From Octopus bimaculoides (taxonomy: Eukaryota): a stretch of DNA of 44,236 nucleotides. A model generated the notes under the pieces. The model saw only the letters and a list, made by a program, of their open reading frames with translations, ran no database searches and was not told where the DNA came from. Within the stretch, counting starts at the first letter, position 1; each line of letters opens with the position of its first letter. Of this stretch, positions 25,049 to 36,864 are shown piece by piece. The position numbers and the translations under genes were made by a program. The DNA lies in assembly GCF_001194135.2 (NCBI RefSeq), contig NC_068992.1, forward strand, positions 47,163,551-47,207,786, given 5' to 3'.

Positions 25049-26592
25049 TATGTTGTTGTCTGGTGTTGAATCACACTAAACAGAAAATTCAAATGATCTA
25101 CTGTTCGAATGAGAAATAGTAGTGGTATAGATGCCACCCGGAGTAGGCATGGCGAGAGGAAAAAAATAAAGAACAGGATAATGTGGTTGTAACGAAAATG
25201 CAAAGCAAGTCATTTGTAGTGGTTAATGAAATAGTGATGTTAGAGAATTGTACGAAAAAATCAGCAAGTCTGTTTAGGTATGCATTTTGGACGAATAGTC
25301 ATTGAATGCTTGAAGATAAACTATACATTTACCAGTTTATGTATGATGTGACTGATGTATATGGATATGTCAGTATCACCGTCCTAGTAACGATAACTAT
25401 TACACTGGTGAAGGTCTTGATTAAACGTTAAAAGTGTACCGCAGTCGGGGGTGCTTATTAAGTTTTGTGGAGATTCAGCGCATGCACATACACGCACATA
25501 CACTCATGCAAGGTGTGTACATTTAGTGCTCAACACGTTCCCATACACACAAATGTGAAAAGGCGCTTACACAGGAAGCTATTTGAAGGGAGAAATTATT
25601 TATATACTATGTTTTCATACACAATTCCTCCAAAGAGAAATTTTCTCTCGAGACAGTTGCTGCAACGAAGGTCTATCATAAATTAAGCGTACACAGACGT
25701 GTGTGTGTGTGTGTGTGTGTGTGTCTGCGTACGCATGTGTCTGTGTGTAAACAGCTGTGATATTTCATAGCAGATTGGGACTCATTGCATTTGTAGTGAC
25801 ATTTTATGCACTTTTAAATGTTTAGTGGCCGGTTTACTATGCAGAAGGTATGTATAAAGCGGTATTCTTGTCGTTGCTGTTGCTACTCTTGTCATTGTTG
25901 TTGTTGTTGTTGTGGTTGTTACTTAGTGCCGGTGCATTGTTATCAATGAATGTGTCTTAGAGAATGTGTCTCCATTGAACGAGGTATTGAAGATCTCATT
26001 TCCGAAGAAACAGTGCAAATCTGACGTGAATTCTCAAGATTACAAATAGATAACCGTTGCGTGAAAAGCTTTAAGGAAATGTGAACGTTTACATTTCTTC
26101 AGTTCTGAATTAGAATTAACATAAAGCTACCTTCAGCGTAATGTGTGAGTGTATAAACAAACAGATATGCTTATATATGCACTGCACATATACATGCGTC
26201 TCTGTATATATAACCACGTCTTTATAATATGCCTGTACTTTTATATTAAAACAAAAGCACTGTCTTAATGTCCAAAGCGAATTTTGTTGTTTATTTTTAC
26301 TGGTTGTTACATGTTTATGAAATCAGAAACCAATTTTTAAATTTATTGCGATTTTCATATTTCACAAATAGATAGAAAAAAAATCTACAATAACACTTCT
26401 TAGCTATGCATTTTCTTTTTCTTTTCAGTAAATATATATTTTAAATTTATTATTTTACTCAAAGATGAGATATAGCAATAAAATATCTTCTTTTTTACAT
26501 TTCAAGAAATTCATGAAGAACTTCGTATATATATATATATATATGTGTGTGTGCGTGTGTGTGTGTGCGTGTGTCTTTCTCTACCTCTCTCT

Positions 26593-26676
<84 letters not shown>

Positions 26677-26942
26677 GTGTGTATACATACGTGTGTATGT
26701 ACATGTGTGTGTGCGTGCGTGTGTATGCGTGTTGTTTGTGCAGAATTTTTACCACGTTCTCGATGAATACCTAACCTATCAAAAAACAAAAAATAAAATA
26801 CAGATATGCTTTTGTTATCTCTCATCTTTACAGAAGACTGAAAAAAGTTACATTAAATTTATTTCTGTGTATATATGTATGTACACATAATGTATACGTG
26901 TATATATGTATGTACGTATAAACATATATGAATATACATACG

Positions 26943-27000
<58 letters not shown>

Positions 27001-29656
27001 CCTACTTCATATATTATATATGTTGCAATATTTTAATTTAATGTCGTGTCTTTTGGTGCATTCCGAACAATTTGTTCTCTTGGAATTGTGTATGTGTGTA
27101 AACTTGTATATAGATATGTATTTACATATCTTTGTATGTGTGTGTGTGTGTATGTATGTACGTATCGTATTTCAGTGTGATTTTGTATGGGAGTGTAGCA
27201 ACACGTGTATTTGTGATGCTGTATTCTGGGGCCTTCTAGTCTGTTTTGGAGTTTTCTGGTGCAATGTTTTACGTTCTTTCTTATTTTCTTGTTTTCTGCT
27301 GCATTCCCTCTATACAATTGTGGTGATATAAAGCATTAAATGCTTGAATACGTATTTAAAATATCTCTAAACAATGATATCTACTGTTATACACACATAC
27401 AAAGACGTAAAATACAAAACACGCATACATTTAAAACTAAATATATACAAACATTGATAATCACACACACTCACACAAACACAAAAACACAAACACAAAA
27501 GGAGAAACACATACTCATGTGTACCTTTATGTTTTCACATATAATTACAGATATGAGCACAAAAATATGTGCTTACTCATACATCCATATAGAGACGTAT
27601 TTACTGGTTTATGCAGCATTGTCATAGAATTTATATTCATGTATACAGGCATAGAGACAACGACATGTTGACACTGTATTTATCCGTGTACAGTTACAAA
27701 AACCACAAATGGTGAATATACATATTGATACATACGTACATACATGCATACATACATACATACATAAACACGTACAACATTATATTTATATACATATATG
27801 ATTGTATATCATGGTATGAATGTATATGTATATATTAATGAAATAGAAATATACGAGTAGTACGGAGCAGAGCGAGGGCAATATGCATGATACCTAGGAA
27901 CCAATTTTTTTGACTATACTTCAATGTATCTTGCGTGGATTTCGGTTTAAATTGTTGTTTATCATTGCGATTGTGAAAAGCAAGTCGTATCATTGAGAGT
28001 GTGAGAAAGAAACGTGCTACTCTATAATACAATCTAAAGAGTGGTTTTCCATTCCGTGTCTAGTCTAACTCTTTCATTCTCAACAAGAGCTATATGACCT
28101 CATGGAAGACCTTGAAGTTGCGATAGATAAGATGTGTTTGATATCTGGGTTATCGATTAGAAGCAAGTGTAATGGTTTGATATTTTTGTGATGTTTATAT
28201 TGAATGGGCCTTTAAAATAGGTATCAGTAACATACTTCGGTTGATTAATTATTCTACACTCCTTTCTTATAATCGGTTGGTCTTATGCCTTTGTCATAAA
28301 TTTTATTATTTGTATAATGCTGCTGTGGGTGTTGTTTTTATTATTTTTCATTTCTGCGGTCTTACCCATTCCCCTAGGCCTTAATTCAAATACATATAAC
28401 TTTCGACACAATTTGAATCACTAGGTCAATTGATATTGAAAGTAAACTTCTATAAATTGATGCCTGCAAAGAAATTCAAGGAAATCACACAATTTCAGAG
28501 TGATTATTAAAGGTCCGTAGGAACGATTGATAAATTGTTCAGTACGGATTTTAGAGGCGAGTGAAGGAGAGAAAGTAGACATCGCGAGAAACTGAGTGGA
28601 GCGTTATTCAATATCTCGTCGGCAGTGCTGAATGAAGTGGCGGATATGTTCTAAAATAGCGACATATTGGTCAGCTTCGCAAAGCTACTTCCTTTGCTGT
28701 TGTTACTTTCATAATAGGTATGAAAAATATCTCGTAAAACTACTTACGGCTTTGTAAGACTGAGACATTAACAAATAAATATGTTGGATATCATATGATA
28801 CAAGTAACGAGATCTGAACTAGAGATATTTCAGTTAGATCTTAGCTACATCATCTACTCATTTGTACCGTCTGTCTGTAAATGATCAGTGATTAAGTGTC
28901 TGTCACTTTCTTTCTGGTGGTATATTACAACGTATATTATTTGTTTATTTAACCTATCTGTAAATACGAATTGATATACCTTGCATGTGTCAGTCGTTTA
29001 GTTAATCTAGATGTAAATATGAAGTGATACAACTGACAACGTATGTTTCCTGATTTATGTTGCTTAACTTTAAATATGAGTTGTTACGGAACACAACATG
29101 TCTTTAGTCAATCTAGCTGTGTATATAAGTTGACATAACTCACAAGAGAAACATCGTTATTAATCAGCAAACCGAGCAATTTACAAACACTTTACTTTGT
29201 TTGCGTTGATAAACCTCACATTTTTCAAGTAACAGAGATAAAACAGCGAGTAGCATATTTAGAGAGAAGCGTTCTCTAAGATAACTTAGTGAAGAATTGG
29301 TGACGTGTATTTTATAAACTAAGTTGGTACAGGATAATCGAAACCTTGTCACTCGATACCTTTCTAATTTAAGGCCAACAGCCATGTGTGAATGATTGGT
29401 TAATATGCAACATTTCATCTCGAAATATACTTATTTCACACAGACCTGATGCTGGATGGCTTTAACTTAGGAGTGCGGGGTGACAACGATAACGACAATA
29501 TTTTGCCCTACATTTGAAAATATTTTTTTAAAAATATATATTTATTTATTACAGTGCCAATGAGATCGGGTATACTTGGACTTGCTAATAGCACTCTCCA
29601 AAGATCAAAATATGTTAACTTCGCCCCATTTAACTTTAATGAAGTGTTCTAATATT

Positions 29657-29845
29657 GGTTTCAAATTTTGCTACGAGGCTACTAAGTTCGGCCCAATGCT
29701 CAACTGGTATTGATTTTCTTGACCTCGAAGAGAGGAAAGCCAAAGTCAATCTTAGACTATTTTGAACCTAGACCGTATGACTGACGAAATACTGCTAAGT
29801 ATTTTCCCCGGTGTGCTAACGACTCTGCCAGCACGCCGCAATAGA
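29657..29845 (-). mobile_element. SINE family A with a 12-bp target-site duplication, tail type 1
   Basis: TGTTCTAATATT flanks both sides (29645-29656 and 29846-29857). The interior matches the family A head, central module and tail. Confidence 0.85.
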
Positions 29846-29920
29846 TGTTCTAATATTAACCACAGATTATTCTTTGGATTAATGTAAGAATGATTATTGC
29901 ATGAAACGTCTTTGCAGATT

Positions 29921-30132
29921 CAAATCATTACCTGAGTATTATAACTAACTTCTAAAGACCAGATAGTTCCCAGCAGTGACTGATATCGGGGATAAATTAT
30001 TTCCTATTTGCAAGAGATCTCAATTTCATAATATCACCTGAGCATTATAGCTTATCTTTAAAGATCTGATATTTCGCAGTGGGAACGAAACTGAAGGATA
30101 AATTATTTGCAGTATTATCTCCTCTCTCACCT
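29921..30132. repeat. Degenerate tandem duplication, period 106 bp
   Basis: CCTGAG occurs at 29931 and 30037, and GATAAATTAT at 29991 and 30097. Confidence 0.75.
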
Positions 30133-31259
30133 GGTCCTGATTTCAAATACCCACGAAGATTAATTTTGCCAGAGCTTAACAAAATAAAACTTCCATCAAC
30201 AAATTAGACTAAGCTTTCCACCATGTAAACTAAAGCAGTAGAAGTCTGTACCTTACATTGTGTCTCCTCTGCTTGGGAACATAATATCTAAAGGTTCCTT
30301 TTGCATGGTTGGTTTATTTGCAACGTAAAATGACTTACAGAAGATTATATCAACAGGCTATTGAAATCACATCCTTGTTTGCCTGATTTCTGATTATTGA
30401 TAGATTGTATGTTCATATCCATTTTGGGCCTTACCAAAATTAGCTAACCTTAATATAACACGATTGAAAGCAAGTACAAGAACGGATTAATCAATGAAAA
30501 TATAATACTTATTGAGATTAAATAATAAGGTTCCACTATATTTGGTTTCACAGTGATTGAGCACAGTCACTTAAAGAGGGAGAATCAAGTGACATACAAT
30601 GTCAAACAAGAGTAATTGCTGTGCTAGTGCAGGCAATTTGTATTAAGTATGAAACCGCATCGGCTTCATTCAACGCAACACATGTTTACAACTGGTTAAT
30701 TTCAATATATACATATATGTGTATATACATTAGATATGTTTGAGGCCAAGTCAGCTCTGATCGTGAACATTGAAACTATGAGAATCGACTAATGAATTCA
30801 GTAATAGATAATTCCGGACGACATTCATTATATCACTTTATTTCTTGATTGATATATCATGTGTAGTTTGACAATGACTTGTTTGCTATTTTTTTAGTAT
30901 ATTAGTTTAGATGTTCTTTTGTTGGCTTGTTGGACTTTTATATATTGATATACAGTGGGGGCGAGAAACGAACATGAGAACATAGAGAATTCAACCAAGA
31001 AAAGTTCTCTAGTCTGAAGATTCATCACAAACTTCAGCCGAGATTCTGCAGCTAGGGCCATGTGCTGAGAATTGTAAAGATAAGAACAGTGTAAGGATTT
31101 ATGTGATCGTTGTGTATATTTTGAATGATTAAGGAATCAGTAATTAGTGTATTAATAGCAAAAGAACTAGAAGTTTTATGTTTAGACACGGTCACAGTCA
31201 TTTAAATAATGATTTGCCTTATCATAACGCTACATGTATGTAATGGAGGAATATATGAA

Positions 31260-31487
31260 CTTTATACCTCATGTACATGACTGGTGAGAGATTATGCTGG
31301 CGATCATTTTTGGACAAGTTATAAAACCACAACGGCAGGTGTCTTTCACGTTGATTGTGAGCCGGATACAAGAATGAGAGAAAGTGCCTCCTATCCAAGA
31401 CATCTATCCATTGCAGATAAAATTGTTGTGCTGTGTTGTGAGTGGGAATCAACAAATTACATTTAATTATAATGCGCTGATCGCATC
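31260..31487 (-). CDS. Low-confidence candidate exon (RCDQRIIIKCNLL...FYLQWIDVLDRRHFLSFLYP...LPLWFYNLSK)
   Basis: It lies in one of the longer non-microsatellite ORFs (31222-31596), with a TTTTGATTCAG acceptor and an AG|GTATAA donor. Coordinates are approximate and I recognise no domain. Confidence 0.22.
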
Positions 31488-32395
31488 TCTGAATCAAAAT
31501 GTAATTATCACTGATTTCAGTAAAATGGAAATAATTAAGTATCATAGCCATAAGCATGGAGATTAGAAACGTGAAGATCGGATACGAAGGTCCCATTCTT
31601 TAGACGGAATATGGTAATTTATGGTCACTCTTCGGAAAAGAGTCTCATATTTGCTTCGTAGTTATATAATCGATCTCAATAAAACGAAGTTCAAATATAA
31701 TCAGGATGTAGATTCTCCAAACCAAGTACATAGAAATTAGAAATAAATATGTGTTAATACATTTACCTTTGGCTCTAAAATATTTATGATACTGGAACGA
31801 TGAAACAAACTTGCTATAGAAGACATAGACATGGATCACTGAGTTTAATTTTTCTTTCTATATTACTGACATTTAAGGCTGTGAACTCGCAAAATCGAGA
31901 AAGCCTAGGATACAATACCTTACGGCACTGGCTTTGGAATTTTATGTTCTAGTTCCAATCCCACCAAATCAAATAATACCTCATTCATTCCCTAGTCGCG
32001 TGACTAAATTGTAAGTTGTTATATTAGAGGTATTTGTTCAATAGTTATTAGGAACGCCGAGCAAATCTCGGGAAATTTGTACTCAAAATGAACGTGGATG
32101 AAATCAAATACTTTCAAAGCATGTCCACATTCGAATGAATTGCATTTTATTTTCTACTTCAGATTCTGGTCACATATTGACCAGTATGGATGAGTTACTT
32201 CAGTGTCATAAGGTCACATATTTATAGACAGAGGATATTACGCACACGCACGCACATACACACATATACAATGCTTATACACACTTCTAAGCATGCATCT
32301 ATATCTATAAAAGATACTAGAGTATAAATTTCTAGACTCTTATTTGAAAATATAAAAATATGAATAGATCAAAGGGAACGTCATATGTATGACGT

Positions 32396-32530
32396 AGTGA
32401 AATCAAATAACTTCTCAACCAACTCAGTAATATTTAAAGTCCGGAAATCAGGACATAGCAAAATATTTCTCTGTGGTTAGCTTCATATGCTCTCGGCTCC
32501 ACCACTTGATTCAAAAATTAACAGGAGTGT
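32396..32530 (+). repeat. About 135-bp dispersed repeat, copy 1
   Basis: It aligns to 33882-34020 with about 12 substitutions and two small indels. Confidence 0.9.
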
Positions 32531-32561
32531 TTATACTGTCTAATATCTATACACTAAGTTA

Positions 32562-32956
32562 CTCTTTTACTCTTTTACTTGTTTCAGTCATTTGACTGCG
32601 GCCATGCTGGAGCACCGCCTTTAGTCGAGCAAATCGATCCCAGGACTTATTCTTTCTAAGCCTAGAACTTATTCCATCGATCACTTTTGCTGAACCGCTA
32701 ATTGACGGCGACATAAACACACCAGCATCGATAGTCACGCAATTCTAGGGGGACACACACAGACATACAAACATACACATATACATATATATACGGCGGG
32801 CTTCTTTCAGTTTCCGTCTACCAAATCCACTCACAAGGCTTTGGTCGGCCCGAGGCTATAGTAGAAGACACTTGCCCAAGATGCCACGCAGTGGGACTGA
32901 ACCCGGAACCATGTGGTTGGTAACCAAGCTACTCACCACACAGCCACTCCTGCGCC
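32562..32956 (-). mobile_element. tRNA-derived SINE family B, full length
   Basis: The head GGCGCAGGAGTGGCTGTGTGGTGAG carries B-box GGTTCAGTCCC. It is followed by a CORE-like TTGGGCAAGTG segment, an internal TA/TG microsatellite and a (TAAAAGAG)n tail. Confidence 0.95.
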
Positions 32957-33512
32957 TATAGTTATAGTTCACTTAGAATATAGACTTGCGATTAAATTAA
33001 ACAGGTGTATTGGGTCAGAAATCGTAATTAAATATTTCCAAGTCACAGATCGAAATTAGGACCGGTGTTGTATGATGTAAAGCTTCGTGCAGCACCAAAC
33101 GTTTGTCCTTCATGGCTACAAAATCGCCGTCTTATCGATTCTATGTCTGATGTGCCATTTCTGTTCCGATATTAGAGAAAGCGGTTGGAATTTACAAAGG
33201 CTGGACATCGATCATGAATGAAACAATAGTAGTGATGGTAGTAATGGTGGTGGCGGTGGAGACAGTAGTATTGGCGGTTGTGAGGGTAGCGTAGTAATGG
33301 CGGCAGTCGTTGTAATAGCGATGGTTGTATTGGCGGGGATGTCAGGTTCAATTTAGTGCATTTCGTTTAATGCAAATTGAAATGTCAGAGGTTAAGATTT
33401 AGAATGGAATAGAAACAGCGTAAAGCGATTTATTTATATATATATATATATATAGTGTGTGTGTGTGTGTGTATCTGTGTGTGTATGTGTGTGTAGGCAT
33501 TTGTCTGTAATC

Positions 33513-33550
<38 letters not shown>

Positions 33551-33843
33551 GTAAAACATACGTCTGAATGTACGCGCACACATAGCCCGCATGCACATAC
33601 GCAGACACACACGCGAAAATGTGGGTGTGTGCTTGTGTGTGTTTGTCAATCTGTGTGTGTGTGTCTGTGTTTATGTATGTATATGTGCCTGTATGCGTTT
33701 GCGTATGTGTCTCGATAATTTTATGGTTTCTCTCAGGTGAAAAGGTAAAGAAAATACATTTATTTATCTCTTTCCTTCATGTGATTACGCCTAATAATCC
33801 GCTCCCGAAACCTACTGCGTTGTTGTGATCGACATATGTGCAT

Positions 33844-33881
<38 letters not shown>

Positions 33882-33884
<3 letters not shown>

Positions 33885-34020
33885 GAAATCAAATATCTTC
33901 TCAACCAGCCCAGTAATATTTGAAGTCTGGAAATCAGAAGGACCTAACAAAATATTTCTCTGTGGTTAGCCTGATATGCTCTCGAGCTCAACCACTTTAT
34001 TCAAAAATAAACAGGAGTGT
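33882..34020 (+). repeat. About 135-bp dispersed repeat, copy 2
   Basis: It is a direct repeat of 32396-32530. The flanks of the two copies are unrelated. Confidence 0.9.
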
Positions 34021-34590
34021 ACACACATACACGCACGCAGACGTGCCCATAAGCACACACATGTATCTGCATGCGTATCTATAAAGACTTGCTTGAATAG
34101 ACTTATATATACACATATATAATGAACAGGAATTTGAGTATATGCACTTACATACAAGTATATAATAAACGAAGGATTGTGTCAAAACCTCTACAAATAT
34201 ACATGTTATGATGACGAGATGAGATGTATATATTCACGTACGCTTTTATATACACATATATATAAATAAATTGAAACATAGCTGCAGAAATAAACAACTT
34301 GTCTCACATAAACATCTCTTTCTCTCCTCCTTTCACGCTTTCTCTCCCCCCGGTAGATAGAAAGCTAGACAGATAGACAGGCAGGCAAACAGGCAGACAC
34401 ACAGTGAGGCAGACAGATAGATAGATAAATAGATAGACAGACAGACACACAGGCAGACAGACATACGTTTACTTTTATTTGAATGGTTGAATTTCGAATA
34501 TGATTGTATGTGCGTATACGCTTATGTATGTATATTTGTATGAATGTATGTATGGCAAATAGAATCCACAACTTGAAAATAACTGCTTAA

Positions 34591-34652
34591 TTCCTTATTG
34601 CAATTTTGACGTTAGGGACCTCTTAAGGTATGCATTCGACTCGTCAGGGAAA
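34591..34652 (-). ncRNA. Minimal type I hammerhead ribozyme motif (palindromic stem III intact, G12 mutated)
   Basis: The minus strand reads TTTCC CTGACGA GTCG...CGTC AAAA TTGCAA TA AGGAA. The palindrome ATTGCAAT forms stem III. GAAA has become AAAA, and stems I and II each carry one mismatch. Confidence 0.65.
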
Positions 34653-34823
34653 CTATTCCTATACAGAGAAATCAAAACAAGACTTTACCTTTATCTACAC
34701 AATCAAGTTTTGAATTCAAATGCCATGCACAGAACGGTATTATGTGAAAAGAACGGTAAATTCGAGCCACAGCAAAATCACCACACGGTAAAGTTTTGTT
34801 TTGATTCCTATCTATAGTAATAT

Positions 34824-34885
34824 TTCCCCTGACGAGACGAATGTGTCCCTTAAAAGATCCCTAACGTCGAAATTGCTTTAGGGAA
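34824..34885 (+). ncRNA. Minimal type I hammerhead ribozyme motif (core intact, stem III damaged)
   Basis: Parsed as stem I TTCCC (34824-28), core CTGACGA (34829-35), stem II GACG...CGTC (34836-39/34865-68), GAAA (34869-72), TTGCTT, TA (34879-80), stem I GGGAA (34881-85). The predicted cut is after 34880. Stem III lacks the palindrome seen in the other arm. Confidence 0.75.
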
Positions 34886-35082
34886 TTAACCAGTTATTTT
34901 CAAGTTGTGGATTCTATTTATCATGTCGCCCGAAGACAGTTTTTTATCGCGAGGAGAAATAATATGAGTGATATTTTGGCTTTATAACGGTTTTGGCTGT
35001 TAATTTATCATGTAAAGGTGTTTTTTTTTAACCATCTTAGTTATAATTGTGATTTGTTCATAATTATAAACGTTTTTCTTCT

Positions 35083-35084
<2 letters not shown>

Positions 35085-35166
<82 letters not shown>
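35085..35166. repeat. (TA)n microsatellite (representative)
   Basis: Directly visible. Another long tract is at about 43489-43576, and others border the gaps. Confidence 0.97.
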
Positions 35167-35171
<5 letters not shown>

Positions 35172-35283
35172 CATACATAATTAAGGGATCAGCAAATATT
35201 TGCTTCACCACATACCGAAGTTCAGAAATAGCAGCTAAAAAAGCTGAGACTCCAACAGATATATATATATATATATATATCCA

Positions 35284-35304
35284 TCAAAGTTCCAGACCTT
35301 GTAC
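35284..35304 (-). CDS. Candidate terminal coding segment (VQGLEL-stop)
   Basis: It follows a 92-nt intron (35396-35305) with a CTAAC branch site, a T-tract and a TAG acceptor. The stop TGA is at 35286-35284. Confidence 0.3.
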   Translation of the reverse strand, partial: VQGLEL

Positions 35305-35396
35305 CTATGGTAAAAAAGATTATTGTTAGCCATCGATATGCGGCTAGCTGATAGAGTCGTAATCGTTAGCTCGTCAGAAAAAAAAAATATGCTTAC

Positions 35397-35471
35397 TAGT
35401 ATTGCTTCCTCTTCCTTGCAGCTGAATTCAGATCTTGCGATGTTAACTTTGTTTTTCACTCTTTCAAGATC
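35397..35471 (-). CDS. Candidate coding exon, unknown protein (DLERVKNKVNIARSEFSCKEEEAIL)
   Basis: The exon is 75 nt, phase 0 to 0, with acceptor CTCTTAATATTAAG and donor GTAAGC. Only this frame is open. Confidence 0.4.
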
Positions 35472-36106
35472 CTTAATATTAAGAGCCAGACAGTTATTAA
35501 TGTCGAAATATTCGACTTGCCCCTTCTTTTAATCGTACTGATAATTTGCAGAAATTAGAAAGAATTATTATTAATCATCACTAAGGTACATTATATTCAC
35601 CATGGCCCATGTTATTTCTTTGCTTGAGACATAATTAGTCATTTCAGCTGTACTCGTGTCAACTTTTGCGGAGATACTAAAGAGAGACTTACAAATAAGG
35701 AATTATATATTTCTTATATGTTTGAGTCCAATGATCTATTCATAATGTGTGACGGCTGCTTTTTATTTGCCTGTTAACACTTCCGGTTGGTGTAAGGCTG
35801 ACAACGACATGTGTAACCTGCAATAGGAGAGTTACTAACATCTTCGAGTGATTCAAAACTTATACTCCGTGAATTTATGTGTAACTGTCTCTATAGATGT
35901 GTGTGTGTATGTGTATGTGTGTGTGTGTGTCTGTGTGAAGAAAATTACCTCGCATCTGTCCGCTAGGCAACGATAAACGGTCTTTAATTACTCGATTGCT
36001 AACATTGGATGGTAATCTGTTCAGTTTAGGTTATTCCTGATCGCAGAGCCAGTCGGATATATTTTTCTTTGTTGGTTTTCCAACCGCTAAGAAGCTAAAT
36101 ACTCAC

Positions 36107-36240
36107 AACCGATTTCAATTAGCTGAATTACTCTAAAGAACAGCGATATCGACTTCATATTATGTCCTGATACCTCATCATACTCTAACCGAACGTCTGT
36201 CGATGTCCTTGGCTTGTTTACCTGTGTGCATGTTCTGCTC
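36107..36240 (-). CDS. Candidate coding exon, unknown protein (SRTCTQVNKPRTSTDVRLEYDEVSGHNMKSISLFFR...)
   Basis: The acceptor is TTTACGTTATCAG. Its only open frame is phase-compatible with the upstream exon. Possible donors are GTAATT (exon end 36132, phase 0) or GTGAGT (exon end 36107, phase 1). Confidence 0.4.
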
Positions 36241-36343
36241 CTGATAACGTAAACATATACCATTTGCAGCAAACTGAGCTGGTTGTCGTGTACTTAATGT
36301 TCAACCAAACTCTACCGCAGATAATTAAAAAGAAATCACTTAC

Positions 36344-36440
36344 CTGAAGTTCCGTGGCAGAGAAGCTAACATATATAATACTGATCGATGATTGAGATCG
36401 CTGCACCTGATCTTCAGTTTGCTCGCATGTAGCTCAACCT
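36344..36440 (-). CDS. Candidate coding exon, unknown protein (VELHASKLKIRCSDLNHRSVLYMLASLPRNF)
   Basis: The acceptor is TCTACTTTGCAG and the donor is CAG|GTAAGT. The exon is 97 nt, only one frame is open, and it ends in phase 2. Confidence 0.42.
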
Positions 36441-36798
36441 CTGCAAAGTAGATGTAATAGAGTGTCTTGTCCAAATACTTGCAAGGTAGTGGATCATATT
36501 AAAGGAACATTGGCTATGCGGTGGTATTAAACAAGCTAGTGCTTGAAGACTTCCGTTAAGTGATTTATATATGAAGTGGTAGTGTTTATGCCGTCGTTCG
36601 GTGCTGAAGATTCCATTTTTCGAGCAACTGAATTCTCTGCAGCTTAACTGAGGCATAAGTGATTTAATTGACAAGATACATTTTGACGAAACAATTCAGC
36701 TAGAATCCGTAAGACCGATTTTCTCTATATTTTTACTGAAATTCAGTCCCAAAGTATGGGAAGACCCAATGCAATAGAAAATGTCATTTATCCAAAAA

Positions 36799-36864
36799 GG
36801 TACGCAGTTGGATCGAACCCGGGACCTTGTGGCTTCATAATGGACTACTTAAGCATTCTGCCAT
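36799..36864 (-). mobile_element. SINE family B-like head fragment
   Basis: The plus strand reads ACGCAGTTGGATCGAACCCGGGACCTTGTGG, the reverse complement of a tRNA B-box region. Confidence 0.5.

Larger units (their letters stand above)
34557..34919. mobile_element. Inverted-repeat element with a hammerhead ribozyme motif in each arm (possible Penelope-like or retrozyme-like remnant)
   Basis: The reverse complement of 34557-34689 aligns without gaps to 34787-34919: 133 bp, 18 mismatches by hand count, about 86% identity. The spacer is 97 bp (34690-34786). The origin is inferred from the known association of minimal hammerheads with Penelope-like elements and retrozymes. Confidence 0.8.

Noticed and set aside
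28083-28195. Plus-strand peptide ELYDLMEDLEVAIDKMCLISGLSIRSKC resembling the post-YADD region of a LINE RT
   Set aside because: There is no FADD or YADD motif upstream, so the resemblance is too weak to call.
35330-35377. Minus-strand CTGACGA with a GCTA/TAGC stem
   Set aside because: It is followed by CGCA rather than GAAA and has no stem I.
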